A stretch of 64,000 nucleotides of DNA. It comes from Planctomycetota bacterium. GTDB taxonomy: Bacteria > Planctomycetota > GCA-002687715 > DRQF01. The stretch is from positions 9,905-73,904 of the forward strand of contig JALTLO010000017.1 of NCBI GenBank assembly GCA_027001995.1. Reading direction: 5' to 3'. The notes under the pieces were generated by a model that was not told the DNA's origin, made no database searches, and saw only the letters and a list, made by a program, of their open reading frames with translations. Within the stretch, counting starts at the first letter, position 1, and each line of letters opens with the position of its first letter. A program made the translations under genes and the position numbers. Below, piece after piece: positions 1 through 9,145 of the stretch.

Positions 1-766
1 CTTCTCTCTCTTCGTAACGCCCGAAAGCAGTGGTTTCAGCGGCGCGACGTTCCACTTCTGCCCGTTCCGCTCGGATGATTTCCTTAACGCGGTAACGAGG
101 TAAAACGATCTCTCCTCCACTGAAGAGAATGGTGATCCGTTTCTTATCTTCGTGAGTGACGCGGCCAACAAATTCTTGGCCATTCTTGAGCAGCACAATG
201 TCACGGCCAGAAACGCTCTTAGGCCGTTTCACTTCCTTTGCCTTCTTTTCTTCTTGCACGACCTTCTTTCGAGGTTTGAGGCTCGTAGTTGCAAAGGGTG
301 CTTGAGCCTTAGGCTTCTTCTGAGATGGCTCTTTCTTGGGTTTTGACTCTTCCTGAGGGCTGCCCAAGTCGAGCGCCAATTCAGACGCTCCCAAGGATTT
401 TTTTGGGGAAGCCACTTCCTGGGGACGTTCTAGGGGTTTCGACCGGGAATCCAAGGCTTTCTTCGACACTTCCTTCATCGTGGGCTGTTTTCTGGATTTC
501 AGAGCAACAGGGACGACCTCGGGAGATGTCCTGGCCGTTACAGACACTTTCTGGGCCACGGAAAGGATCTTGCTTTCCTCAGGAACCGCAACAACCTTCT
601 TCGCCGTTTTGACCATCGGTGTCGTTGACGTATCCGCCTTCTTGACCACGGGTTTAGGAACAATACGGCGCATTTCCCCGATGGTGATTTGCCCCTGAAC
701 CATGGAGCAAAGTCCAGCTCCAAGCAGGCCTATGAAGACAATCGATCGAACTCGTAACTGCGTCAT
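1..766 (-). CDS. Exported hypothetical protein, 3'-truncated by the window edge
   Basis: Manual translation from ATG at 766 is open to base 1. Signal-like MTQLRVRSIVFIGLLGAGLCSMVQGQ, a K/E/P-rich linker, then DIVLLKNGQEFVGRVTHEDKKRITILFSGGEIVLPRYRVKEI, a small beta domain common in planctomycete proteins. Absent from the ORF track because it has no stop. Confidence 0.7.
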   Translation of the reverse strand, partial: MTQLRVRSIVFIGLLGAGLCSMVQGQITIGEMRRIVPKPVVKKADTSTTPMVKTAKKVVAVPEESKILSVAQKVSVTARTSPEVVPVALKSRKQPTMKEVSKKALDSRSKPLERPQEVASPKKSLGASELALDLGSPQEESKPKKEPSQKKPKAQAPFATTSLKPRKKVVQEEKKAKEVKRPKSVSGRDIVLLKNGQEFVGRVTHEDKKRITILFSGGEIVLPRYRVKEIIRAERAEVERRAAETTAFGRYEERE

Positions 767-948
767 GATTTTCTCTTTTCCTTCGGGCGCATCAGTTTCC
801 TATCCCCCTATCGGGTTTTTCATGCACCAAAATGAGTAAAATCCCGTACAAAATTTGACACGAGAGTCACAACTGAAAACGTCAAAGAGATTGAATCTGC
901 CTGAGTTTACGTCAGGCCCCTGTCTTCGTATCCTATGGAGGACATTCC

Positions 949-2382
949 TTGGTAAGTGGGTCAAAGATGAAATATGCAATGAATAAATCACTGGCAATTA
1001 CTCTCCTTTTCCTTGCTGGCACCATGCCGCTCATAGCTCAAGAATTGGGTCCCAACACGAGAATCCAAAGGCACCTGAAGGAGGGCCTGGCACCGCCTGC
1101 TGGCAGCGTCGCTGTCATTGAATCCAAAATCGTAACCCGCAAGGAATTCGTGGATGCCCTGCATGCCCGCTTCATTTCCCACTCTGCAGGGCAACAGGCA
1201 TTGAAGAACTTGATCTCACGCAAGGTCATCAACAAGCACCTGAAAGAGCGAGGCTTATCGGTAAGCAAAGAAGAGGTTATTGCCCTTTACAACAAGCTCG
1301 ATTCGCAAATCAGGGAGCAAACCAAAGGTGCCAACGACATGGCATCCGTTCTGAAGAAGCAAAACATGACAAAAGACGGCATGATGACGCTTCTGGAAAC
1401 CAACTGTGCCTTGGTGAAGTTGGCCGGCAAAGACTTCGAAAAAAAAGAACCCAGTAAGGTCGAACAAGAGCAGTGGTTGCGCTCCAAGACCAAAGACGCC
1501 CAAGTGGTCATTGATGACAGTAAGCTCCCTGACAATGCCGCGGCCAAGATTTTCGATTCCTTCATCACCAAGGAAGAATTCGCTGCCAATATCCTTCTCA
1601 TTCTGGATCACGAAGAAGCCATTAAGCTGATCGAAGCTATCATGCAAGCCAAACTGGCCCGCTTGGTATGTGCCCAAGCCAACGTCACCATCGATGCCAG
1701 CGATGTCGACCGTGTCTACGAGTCAATTCGCAGTAACTTTGAATCCGACCCCCGTTATGAGGGACTCAAGTTCGTCGATTTCGTCAAGGAGCGTTATGGC
1801 ATGAACAAACGAGACCACAAAAATAGTGCCAACTTCCAAAGGGAGGTTTGCATTACCCGTTTCGGCGAAGAGACCATCACCAAGGAAACAGCTGCTCAAC
1901 TCTACAAGCAAAATATTGAGCATTTCGGTCCAACCTACGAGCTCCGTCACATTGTCATTCGGGGCACAGATGACCCGAAACTGAAAGACAAGCTGCCTTC
2001 CATGGCATCGGCGAAAAAAACCGCCGATGACGTCAGGCAACGCATCGCTTCTGGAGCCATGAAATTCGAAGAAGCTGCTCGCATGTTCAGTCAAGATGCT
2101 CGAAGTAAATTCAAAGATGGCAAATGGGACACTTTTACTCCAGCCCGGCTCAAGAAAATCGAAGGTGGAGACAAGATCCTCGCCCTCAAGGAGCAAGGTA
2201 TCACCCAGGCGTTGCCGTTCTCCGGTGGCTATCGCATCATCAAACTTGAAAAGAAGCGGCCTGCTCCTCCCCTCTCGCCGAAAGTCGCCGCCGAGCTACG
2301 CAAGCAAACTGCAAGAGCGACGTTTAACGCAGCCTGGCGCAAAGCCAAACGTGGGTACGATCTCACCAAGTTGATGAAATAG
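949..2382 (+). CDS. SurA/PrsA-like parvulin-type peptidyl-prolyl isomerase, exported
   Basis: Signal peptide; two SurA-N-like helical regions; C-terminal rotamase motifs RHIVI, FEEAARMFSQD, GYRIIKL; GGAGGA RBS before the TTG start. Confidence 0.8.
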   Translation: MVSGSKMKYAMNKSLAITLLFLAGTMPLIAQELGPNTRIQRHLKEGLAPPAGSVAVIESKIVTRKEFVDALHARFISHSAGQQALKNLISRKVINKHLKERGLSVSKEEVIALYNKLDSQIREQTKGANDMASVLKKQNMTKDGMMTLLETNCALVKLAGKDFEKKEPSKVEQEQWLRSKTKDAQVVIDDSKLPDNAAAKIFDSFITKEEFAANILLILDHEEAIKLIEAIMQAKLARLVCAQANVTIDASDVDRVYESIRSNFESDPRYEGLKFVDFVKERYGMNKRDHKNSANFQREVCITRFGEETITKETAAQLYKQNIEHFGPTYELRHIVIRGTDDPKLKDKLPSMASAKKTADDVRQRIASGAMKFEEAARMFSQDARSKFKDGKWDTFTPARLKKIEGGDKILALKEQGITQALPFSGGYRIIKLEKKRPAPPLSPKVAAELRKQTARATFNAAWRKAKRGYDLTKLMK

Positions 2383-2390
2383 AGCTATCC

Positions 2391-3119
2391 ATGAACGAGA
2401 GTTTCGAAGAGTCGGTTGTCCGCCTAAAGACCGAGATTGTCGCCTGCGCCAAACGCATGTACGAAAAGGATCTCATTGCCGCAACAGACGGCAATTTATC
2501 CGTCCGCATCGGCGAAAACGAGATCCTGATTACCCGCTCAGGAATTTGCAAGGGTGAAATGACTGCAGACGACATCATCACCATCGACTTTCAAGGCAAA
2601 GTCATGTCAGGGTCAGGACGCCCTTCTTCCGAATCGGCCATGCACGTCGCCGTCTACGAAGAAAGAGATGACATCACTTCCATCGTTCATGGGCATCCCC
2701 CCACGGCTGTTGCCTTCACCATTGCCGGGAAGTCATTGGCACAATGTGTGATTCCGGAAGTGGTCTTAACCATGGGAACTGTGCCTACTTTGCCCTACAC
2801 CACACCCACCACTCAAGATGTCCCAGACGCTGTTCGCCGGGCGATTCGTTACGCCGATGCTCTGATGTTAGAACGTCATGGTGCTGTGTGTGTGGGAACA
2901 ACCATCAAGGATGCCTACTTCAAGCTGGAGAAGTTAGAACATGCAGCGCACATCACCATGATGGCGCATCAATTGGGACGAGTTCAGACTTTGCCGCCGG
3001 ATGAAGTCAAACGTCTTTTGTCCCTTCGGGGCAAGTTCGACATCACCGGACGCAATCCACTCTGCAATGATTGCATCGTCGGTTGTTTTGACGGGGTTAA
3101 AACCGAAGAACTCTGCTAA
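2391..3119 (+). CDS. Class II aldolase/adducin family protein (FucA/MtnB-like)
   Basis: DGNLSVR, PSSESAMH, IVHGHP and ERHG metal-ligand motifs. Confidence 0.9.
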   Translation: MNESFEESVVRLKTEIVACAKRMYEKDLIAATDGNLSVRIGENEILITRSGICKGEMTADDIITIDFQGKVMSGSGRPSSESAMHVAVYEERDDITSIVHGHPPTAVAFTIAGKSLAQCVIPEVVLTMGTVPTLPYTTPTTQDVPDAVRRAIRYADALMLERHGAVCVGTTIKDAYFKLEKLEHAAHITMMAHQLGRVQTLPPDEVKRLLSLRGKFDITGRNPLCNDCIVGCFDGVKTEELC

Positions 3120-3213
3120 ACCGCGCCCCTGCACAAACCCAACTCTGAACCTGCTCTCCCCAGGTAGAAGCATGAAACAAGAAGAGCGAATGTTCACATG
3201 GGGAGAAGACTGG

Positions 3214-4203
3214 CTATCCGTCCCGGCCTAAGACAGGGTAGAGCTTTAACAAACGTTGTTTGAGGTCTTCTCTAAATGCCGCAGGATCAACTCCACGCTT
3301 CTTGAGGGCGAAGTCAGAAGCGTTGTCTTCCGTAAACCAAAAATAGCGCACGGCCAGTTTTTGTTCACCCAGGGCTTCAGCGGCGGTGGCAATGCCCAGG
3401 AGGACCTCCCAATCCGTGGGAACAAGTGCTTCAGCAGTTCTCCATCGAGCCAGGGATTCTTCCCATGCCAATTCTTTCTCTCCTGGGTCTTTTTGGGATC
3501 TGGCGGCCATCGAGGCAATCTTAGCGTTCAGGATGAGGAGGGTGACATCGTGAGGAGCCTTCTTGAGCCCCTTTTTTGACATCACATCGGCTTCATCTAA
3601 CTCACCCCGAAGCAAGTGGAGGTCTGCCAAAGCTGTCATGGCTGGCAAGTATCCCTCATCCGCCACTAAAGACTCCTGAAAAGCACGAATTGCTTCTTCT
3701 TGGCGATTCTCAGTGAGAAGCATGGTGCCACGGGTCCATGAGGGCAGAGCCATACCCGTACCATCATCGCCCACAACATTCTTGAGCATTTGGATCGCTT
3801 GTTCGTGGTCGCCAGAATCCCAGATCAATTTGGATTCGGCAATTTGTGCACGGGCTTTGTTCTCAGTGAGCGAGCTTGACTTACGATAGGCGGCTTGAGC
3901 TCTCTCGAAGTAGACGGACGCCTTTTCCTCGTCTTTTCCGGCGGCCAGATACATGTCGTGGAAACACAAACCTAAATTATAGTGGATGCGATGATCGTCA
4001 GGGTTCTCCCCAAGGGCGACCTGATATTCGCTAATCGCCCCAGGATAGTCGCCATCGTCAAAGCGATCGACCCCCCGCATATAAGGGCCTTTGAAAACGA
4101 CATCAGAGCCACATCCCACAAATACAGAAGCCATGAGCGCCACCGCAGACGTCCAGAACCAAGGATGAGAGTCGTTTGATTGTTGTTGCCGACTAGTAGC
4201 CAT
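3214..4203 (-). CDS. TPR-repeat lipoprotein
   Basis: Lipobox FVGC; TPR signatures (HYNLGLCF, EEAIRAFQESL); ATG at 4203 overlaps the 3' end of the MlaD gene. Confidence 0.75.
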   Translation of the reverse strand: MATSRQQQSNDSHPWFWTSAVALMASVFVGCGSDVVFKGPYMRGVDRFDDGDYPGAISEYQVALGENPDDHRIHYNLGLCFHDMYLAAGKDEEKASVYFERAQAAYRKSSSLTENKARAQIAESKLIWDSGDHEQAIQMLKNVVGDDGTGMALPSWTRGTMLLTENRQEEAIRAFQESLVADEGYLPAMTALADLHLLRGELDEADVMSKKGLKKAPHDVTLLILNAKIASMAARSQKDPGEKELAWEESLARWRTAEALVPTDWEVLLGIATAAEALGEQKLAVRYFWFTEDNASDFALKKRGVDPAAFREDLKQRLLKLYPVLGRDG

Positions 4204-5320
4204 AGCGCGAAGGCCTTCCATCAGTACGATCTTTGATCTTGTTCTTTGGATCTGGCACAGCGGGTTGGGCCGTTCCTGGCCCCCCAAAGAGGATTTGTGA
4301 GAAGTCTGCTCGCAATGCTCTCAGGGTCATGCCCATCTCCTGAAGTGTCACACGCATGTCATAGAACATGGCATTCAGATCTGGATTCCTCATCACATCT
4401 TCTGCACTTTTCAAAGTCACGTTCAATTGACTCAAGCTGGACTCAACGTTGGTGAACAACTGAGGCAGCTCAGAATCCACTGTACGTAAGATACTCTGGA
4501 GCTTTGGATTTGCCTCATCAATGATGACGCCAATGCGCTTCAATCTTGCATTGCCACTATCCAAGACCTCATCAGCCTTCTTCATCGTATTCACCAATTG
4601 ATCGCGAACCCCGGGGTAGTCTTCCTTGAGACTCCCGGTGAGATCCGCAGTGTTGGCGAGTAAGACCTTGGTGTTGGTGAGGATACCATCAGGTCCTTCC
4701 AAACTAGCGTTGAGCGTCTTCATGGCGTCCTCGGCCTCTGCTACCAAATTATTGGTGTTTCGTAGCAAAAGAGCCATGTTGTCGGCATTCGGCTTCGACA
4801 GGAAATTCTCGTTCAGATTCACCACAAGCTCATCGGTATGGGTAATGAGCCCTTCGATGCCTCCAATTTTATCGCCAAGGCCGCTCAACATCGTCATCCA
4901 ATCGCTGAAGGGCTCACCAATAACATGGTAGCAGCCGTCGCTCAGGGTCAATTTGGGCCCTGAAAGACTCGGAATCAAGTCAACAAATTTGTCGCCCAAC
5001 AAAGACTCTTGCGAGATCTTTGCCCGGGTCCCTTCACAGCACTGAGCAATAAACTCTTCATCAATCTTAAGAGTCACGCGGATTTTGATGGTGCCATCAA
5101 CATGAACGCGCTCCCGGCTATCCACCACTCCAACGCGGATCCCATTGACCGCGACCTGGGCCTTGTCCTTGAGTAGGGCGATGTTGTCAAAGTCGACGAG
5201 CACCTTAACTCGGTCTGCTGTCCCGGTCCTCAAATAAGGCCCAACGCCCAAGATAGCCAGGGTTGTGAGAGCGGCTAGGATAAACAAGCCAGTGACAAAT
5301 TCGGACTTACGGATTCCCAT
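4193..5320 (-). CDS. mlaD: MCE/MlaD family substrate-binding protein with long helical extension
   Basis: N-terminal TM, MCE motifs VAVNGIRVGVV and SLLGDKFVDLIP, coiled-coil C-terminus. Confidence 0.9.
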   Translation of the reverse strand: MGIRKSEFVTGLFILAALTTLAILGVGPYLRTGTADRVKVLVDFDNIALLKDKAQVAVNGIRVGVVDSRERVHVDGTIKIRVTLKIDEEFIAQCCEGTRAKISQESLLGDKFVDLIPSLSGPKLTLSDGCYHVIGEPFSDWMTMLSGLGDKIGGIEGLITHTDELVVNLNENFLSKPNADNMALLLRNTNNLVAEAEDAMKTLNASLEGPDGILTNTKVLLANTADLTGSLKEDYPGVRDQLVNTMKKADEVLDSGNARLKRIGVIIDEANPKLQSILRTVDSELPQLFTNVESSLSQLNVTLKSAEDVMRNPDLNAMFYDMRVTLQEMGMTLRALRADFSQILFGGPGTAQPAVPDPKNKIKDRTDGRPSRYGY

Positions 5321-5347
5321 AGGGTTCCCCTAGGACTTTTGGTTGCG

Positions 5348-6148
5348 CTACATCAAAAGGTCAGAAACGAAACGACGTTGTGCCTCGTCATCTCCACCCT
5401 GACCATCGATCTCGCCATTCACAAAATTCACAATTTTCGGGTCAGTTGAATTCAACAGATCATCGAGTGTTCCGTAGAGAATCACTTTCCCTTTGTCGAG
5501 CATGACTATCTTATCGGCAATCCGACGCACGCTCTCCATCACATGGGTAACCACCACGTTGGTCATTCCCATTTTTGTCTTAAAGTCATTGATGAGTTCG
5601 TCAATGACGGCTGTGGCAATGGGGTCCAAACCAGCGGATGGCTCGTCATAAAAAACGATCTTAGGATCCAAAGCAACGGCCCGGGCCAATCCAGCCCGCT
5701 TTTGCATACCTCCAGAAATTTCGGCCGGAAGCCGATCTTTCGCGTCGAGCAATCCCACTTGTTCCAATTTCACCTTGACCATGATATCGATGGTTTCGGC
5801 AGCTTGTTTCGTATGAAATCCGATGGGCAACCCGACATTCTGTCCGACAGTCATGGAGTTTAGTAGCGCCCCTGATTGGAACAGAACACCAAACTTGCGA
5901 CGCACCTTATTGAGGTCCTTCTCCCGCATGCCAACAATATCGTCACCATCAATAAACACATGCCCTTCGGTGGCGTCGTGAGCTCCGATCATGACTTTAA
6001 GAAGAGTCGATTTGCCCCCACCTGAACCACCCAAGATGCACAGAGTTTCCCCCTTCTCGACGGTGAAATCCACGCCTTGCAAGACCTTGACAGCTCGGTC
6101 TCCCGAACCAAAAGTTTTGTGCACATTTTCGACTTTGATGATGCTCAT
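5348..6148 (-). CDS. mlaF: MlaF/Mkl family ABC transporter ATP-binding protein
   Basis: Walker A GGSGGGKST, signature ISGGMQKRAGLARA, Walker B FYDEPSAGLDP. Confidence 0.92.
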   Translation of the reverse strand: MSIIKVENVHKTFGSGDRAVKVLQGVDFTVEKGETLCILGGSGGGKSTLLKVMIGAHDATEGHVFIDGDDIVGMREKDLNKVRRKFGVLFQSGALLNSMTVGQNVGLPIGFHTKQAAETIDIMVKVKLEQVGLLDAKDRLPAEISGGMQKRAGLARAVALDPKIVFYDEPSAGLDPIATAVIDELINDFKTKMGMTNVVVTHVMESVRRIADKIVMLDKGKVILYGTLDDLLNSTDPKIVNFVNGEIDGQGGDDEAQRRFVSDLLM

Positions 6149-6168
6149 TGGTCGACTTCGCGTCCGCT

Positions 6169-7014
6169 TTAGGTGATCCAGAAGAAATTAGCGACAATGG
6201 CAGTAATCAGTGCATCTGCGACGATGATAGACAAGAGACACATCACAACAGCAACCATAGTATTGCGCCCAACCCCTTCAGGTCCCCCACGGACAGAAAA
6301 GGCATTGTAACAAGCAACCATGCAAATGGTCGCCCCGAAAACCAACGACTTGATGAGACCGGCCCCCATGTCAATGAGATCAAAAGAATCCCGCGTCGTT
6401 GTGAGATAACTCCAAAATCCGATATCGTACATCGTTGTGCCCGCCACCAGGCCACCCAAGTTGCCAACAAGGTAACTGAACATAGTGAGACAGGGCAGCA
6501 TGATACAAATCGAAATGAAACGTGGCGCCACCAAGTAACCCACAGGGTTAACTCCCATGGTCTCAAGAGCTAGCACTTCTTCATTGATAACCATACTTCC
6601 CAAGCCCGCCGTGAATGCAGCTCCAACTCGGCCGGACAGAACGATGGCCGTCATCAATGGTCCAAGCTCCCGAACAACGGCTATGCAAATCATCGTCGGA
6701 GCTTTGCTCAATGCACCATATTGTTTCAATTGATCAGCCGTATTCAGAATAAGGATGAATCCCACCAAAAATGAAACCAGGCACACGATAAAAAAACTAC
6801 GGACGCCAATCTGCTGCATTAAAGGAAAGACAAGTTGGCGGAACCGAGTTTTTCCAGTGAACGGCCCAAAGAAAGTCCAATAGCAAGTCTGCCAAAACAG
6901 AAGGAACACCCGCGCCAACGCCTCAATGCTCTCTTTGGCACCTGTCACAAGGTCAACAAAGGGCTTCCCCAAAGCTGCAATCGGAGCCATCAAGACATGG
7001 GCGACGCGATTCAT
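6169..7014 (-). CDS. mlaE: MlaE family ABC permease
   Basis: RELGPLMTAIVLSGRVGAAFTAGLGSM, EEVLALETMGVNP and GGPEGVG motifs. Confidence 0.92.
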   Translation of the reverse strand: MNRVAHVLMAPIAALGKPFVDLVTGAKESIEALARVFLLFWQTCYWTFFGPFTGKTRFRQLVFPLMQQIGVRSFFIVCLVSFLVGFILILNTADQLKQYGALSKAPTMICIAVVRELGPLMTAIVLSGRVGAAFTAGLGSMVINEEVLALETMGVNPVGYLVAPRFISICIMLPCLTMFSYLVGNLGGLVAGTTMYDIGFWSYLTTTRDSFDLIDMGAGLIKSLVFGATICMVACYNAFSVRGGPEGVGRNTMVAVVMCLLSIIVADALITAIVANFFWIT

Positions 7015-7020
7015 CCTGGT

Positions 7021-7335
7021 TTAGTCTCCTTCGACAGTAAAGACACTTAAGAGCTTCGACATCTGCAGGACATCGCGAACGCTGTCACTGATGTCAACCA
7101 AAGCATAGGCAACTTTCTTTTTTTGTGTCCATTTCATGCCCTCAATCAACACTGCAATGCCCGAGCTATCAATGTAAGGAACCCCGGTAAGTTGCAGTTT
7201 GAGGTGAGTCGGTTTTTTCTTGATGGTCTTTTTGATCTCGTCCCGAAGTTTCGGCGAGCTCTCCATGTCAACATCACCGGTCACAACCAGGACTACAGTA
7301 TCATCAGTTTCCTGACGTTCGATCGTTAGTTTCAT
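7021..7335 (-). CDS. STAS-domain anti-sigma factor antagonist (RsbV/SpoIIAA or MlaB-like)
   Basis: GDVDMESSPKLR and YIDSSGIAVL with the phosphorylatable Ser; ATGA overlap with the upstream gene. Confidence 0.88.
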   Translation of the reverse strand: MKLTIERQETDDTVVLVVTGDVDMESSPKLRDEIKKTIKKKPTHLKLQLTGVPYIDSSGIAVLIEGMKWTQKKKVAYALVDISDSVRDVLQMSKLLSVFTVEGD

Positions 7336-7760
7336 GATTCTTCTTTTCCGCTCGTGCACTTTGTCATGACCAAGGCCATGCGGCCTTCTCTCACGGTGCA
7401 TGGTTCGAATTCGACCTTGTCCATTACTTCGGCGATAAAATGAGTACCCAAACCACCGGGTTTGATGTCATCTAAATCACGAGGCTTGATCTTCTCGACT
7501 TCCTTGGCTCGGCAATAGTTGTGGACGGTGACAACCGTCTTTTTCTTGCTGTCGAGGATAGAGACCGAAATGGTTCCTTTGGGAAGAAACCAGCTCTGTC
7601 CATGTTTAATAATGTTGGAACACGCTTCATCAATAGCGAGAACCAATTGTCGAACTTCATCTTCTGGGAAGTTCTTTTCGTAGATTGGCTGGATGAATCC
7701 CCGCAGCGATCGCAAGTAGCTGGGATCAGCGGGAACACAGACCGTCATATTATGTGCCAT
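7332..7760 (-). CDS. RsbW/SpoIIAB-like anti-sigma factor (HATPase_c_2 fold)
   Basis: N-box LAIDEACSNIIKHG and G2 PGGLGTHFI; likely start MAHNM at 7760 after a GGAGA RBS. Confidence 0.85.
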   Translation of the reverse strand: MAHNMTVCVPADPSYLRSLRGFIQPIYEKNFPEDEVRQLVLAIDEACSNIIKHGQSWFLPKGTISVSILDSKKKTVVTVHNYCRAKEVEKIKPRDLDDIKPGGLGTHFIAEVMDKVEFEPCTVREGRMALVMTKCTSGKEES

Positions 7761-7906
7761 GGGCACGTCTCTCCTTCGGCTTGCCGATCCCCAGAGTTCC
7801 ATCGGAGGACCAAATAAATCGACGCAAGTACCGTTCTGGCGAAGATTACCGGCAATTCTTGAAATTTGCAATAAGGGTCAGGACACAAATTTTGCTTTCG
7901 AAGAAG

Positions 7907-9145
7907 TTATCTTCGTTTTCCAATAAGACGACTAATCCATATCGTTTCTCTTTGTAAACCCAATTGCCGAAACGCATCCCTGAGCCGTAACAAAAGGGCA
8001 ACGTTTTCTGTCTCGGTAATCCTCAACCTCTCCAACTCTTCCCGGCATTCGGCATAGAGATTCATTTGCCGAAGGAACTCCGCCCGAAGAATGTTCGGAC
8101 TTCGTCCAACCATTGTTTCTAAGGCAAAGAGGCCCTGCTCCACCTTCACACGCTGGGGGCCATCTATGACATTGAAGGAAATTTCCGCCAAGATTTCCTT
8201 ATCCCCTTCAAGCTGGAAAACTTTGACCCAATATTGGCGCCCCGGCTCCAGGGAAAGAACGTCCGCAGGCCAAGACAACTTGCGACCCTTTCCAACCTGC
8301 CGAAAAAGCGCCTTTTGCTTTCCTTTCTCGAAGACGCCTCTCGACACTTTGCGAGTAGGCCGTTCGCTACTCCAACGAATCTGGGGCCGTCGCCCAAAGA
8401 TGGCCCCTCTGGGATGAACGATGTTGATATCGTCCTGCTTCGGTGCCACAGCCGCGACTGTTTTTCTTTCTGGAAGGTGCATGAAGTTGCGCTCATCCCA
8501 AGCCCGTTTTGCCAACTCCTGACTGAAGGGAGTCGCTGGAGAAAGGGAAGACTCCTCGTGAGGGGTCACCACCCAAAATTCACCGTGACGATCCATCACT
8601 TCCAGCCAATCCCCAGCACCGACTTCAATAGCTGTGCCCTGGGTGAGCCAGGTGCCAGGTTCGATGGGCTGGTGGTTCTCTCCCGCAGTTTTCGCCTCGA
8701 GAAAAGGGGCCCCCACACGTGAGACAACCAAACAGTCTCTGAGCGCCAGGCGATCATTGTTGCCAAAATCAAAGTAGGAAGAGACCGAAACAAACAAGAC
8801 CACTGCCGCTGCCATGGTCCCCAAAAGCCAAGGAGACCAACGCCTGGTAATCTTAGCGGACAAAGACAAATGACTCGTCCCTGGGGAAGTCGCTCGTCGC
8901 AACAAGATGGGGACCACACCCGCTTCAAACTCATCATGCAAACGGCTGGAGAGTTGAGCGCAAGCGGGGCAGCTCAGGAGGTGGTTCTCAACGCGGGAGC
9001 ATTCCGTCTTGAACAAGGTCCCCGAGACCAAAGCAGCCAAGTCTTCTATGCAGACATGCCCCATGCCTTCTGGGCGGTCGCCCACCTCTCTGACCAAACT
9101 ATGAATAACCCTCTGACGATCATCGGCTGCCACATGAACCTTCAT
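7907..9145 (-). CDS. zf-HC2 zinc-finger membrane anti-sigma factor with extracytoplasmic domain
   Basis: H...HLLSCPAC ZAS motif, one TM (WLLGTMAAAVVLFVSVS), C-terminal Ig-like and helical region resembling DUF928-type proteins. Confidence 0.7.
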   Translation of the reverse strand: MKVHVAADDRQRVIHSLVREVGDRPEGMGHVCIEDLAALVSGTLFKTECSRVENHLLSCPACAQLSSRLHDEFEAGVVPILLRRATSPGTSHLSLSAKITRRWSPWLLGTMAAAVVLFVSVSSYFDFGNNDRLALRDCLVVSRVGAPFLEAKTAGENHQPIEPGTWLTQGTAIEVGAGDWLEVMDRHGEFWVVTPHEESSLSPATPFSQELAKRAWDERNFMHLPERKTVAAVAPKQDDINIVHPRGAIFGRRPQIRWSSERPTRKVSRGVFEKGKQKALFRQVGKGRKLSWPADVLSLEPGRQYWVKVFQLEGDKEILAEISFNVIDGPQRVKVEQGLFALETMVGRSPNILRAEFLRQMNLYAECREELERLRITETENVALLLRLRDAFRQLGLQRETIWISRLIGKRR

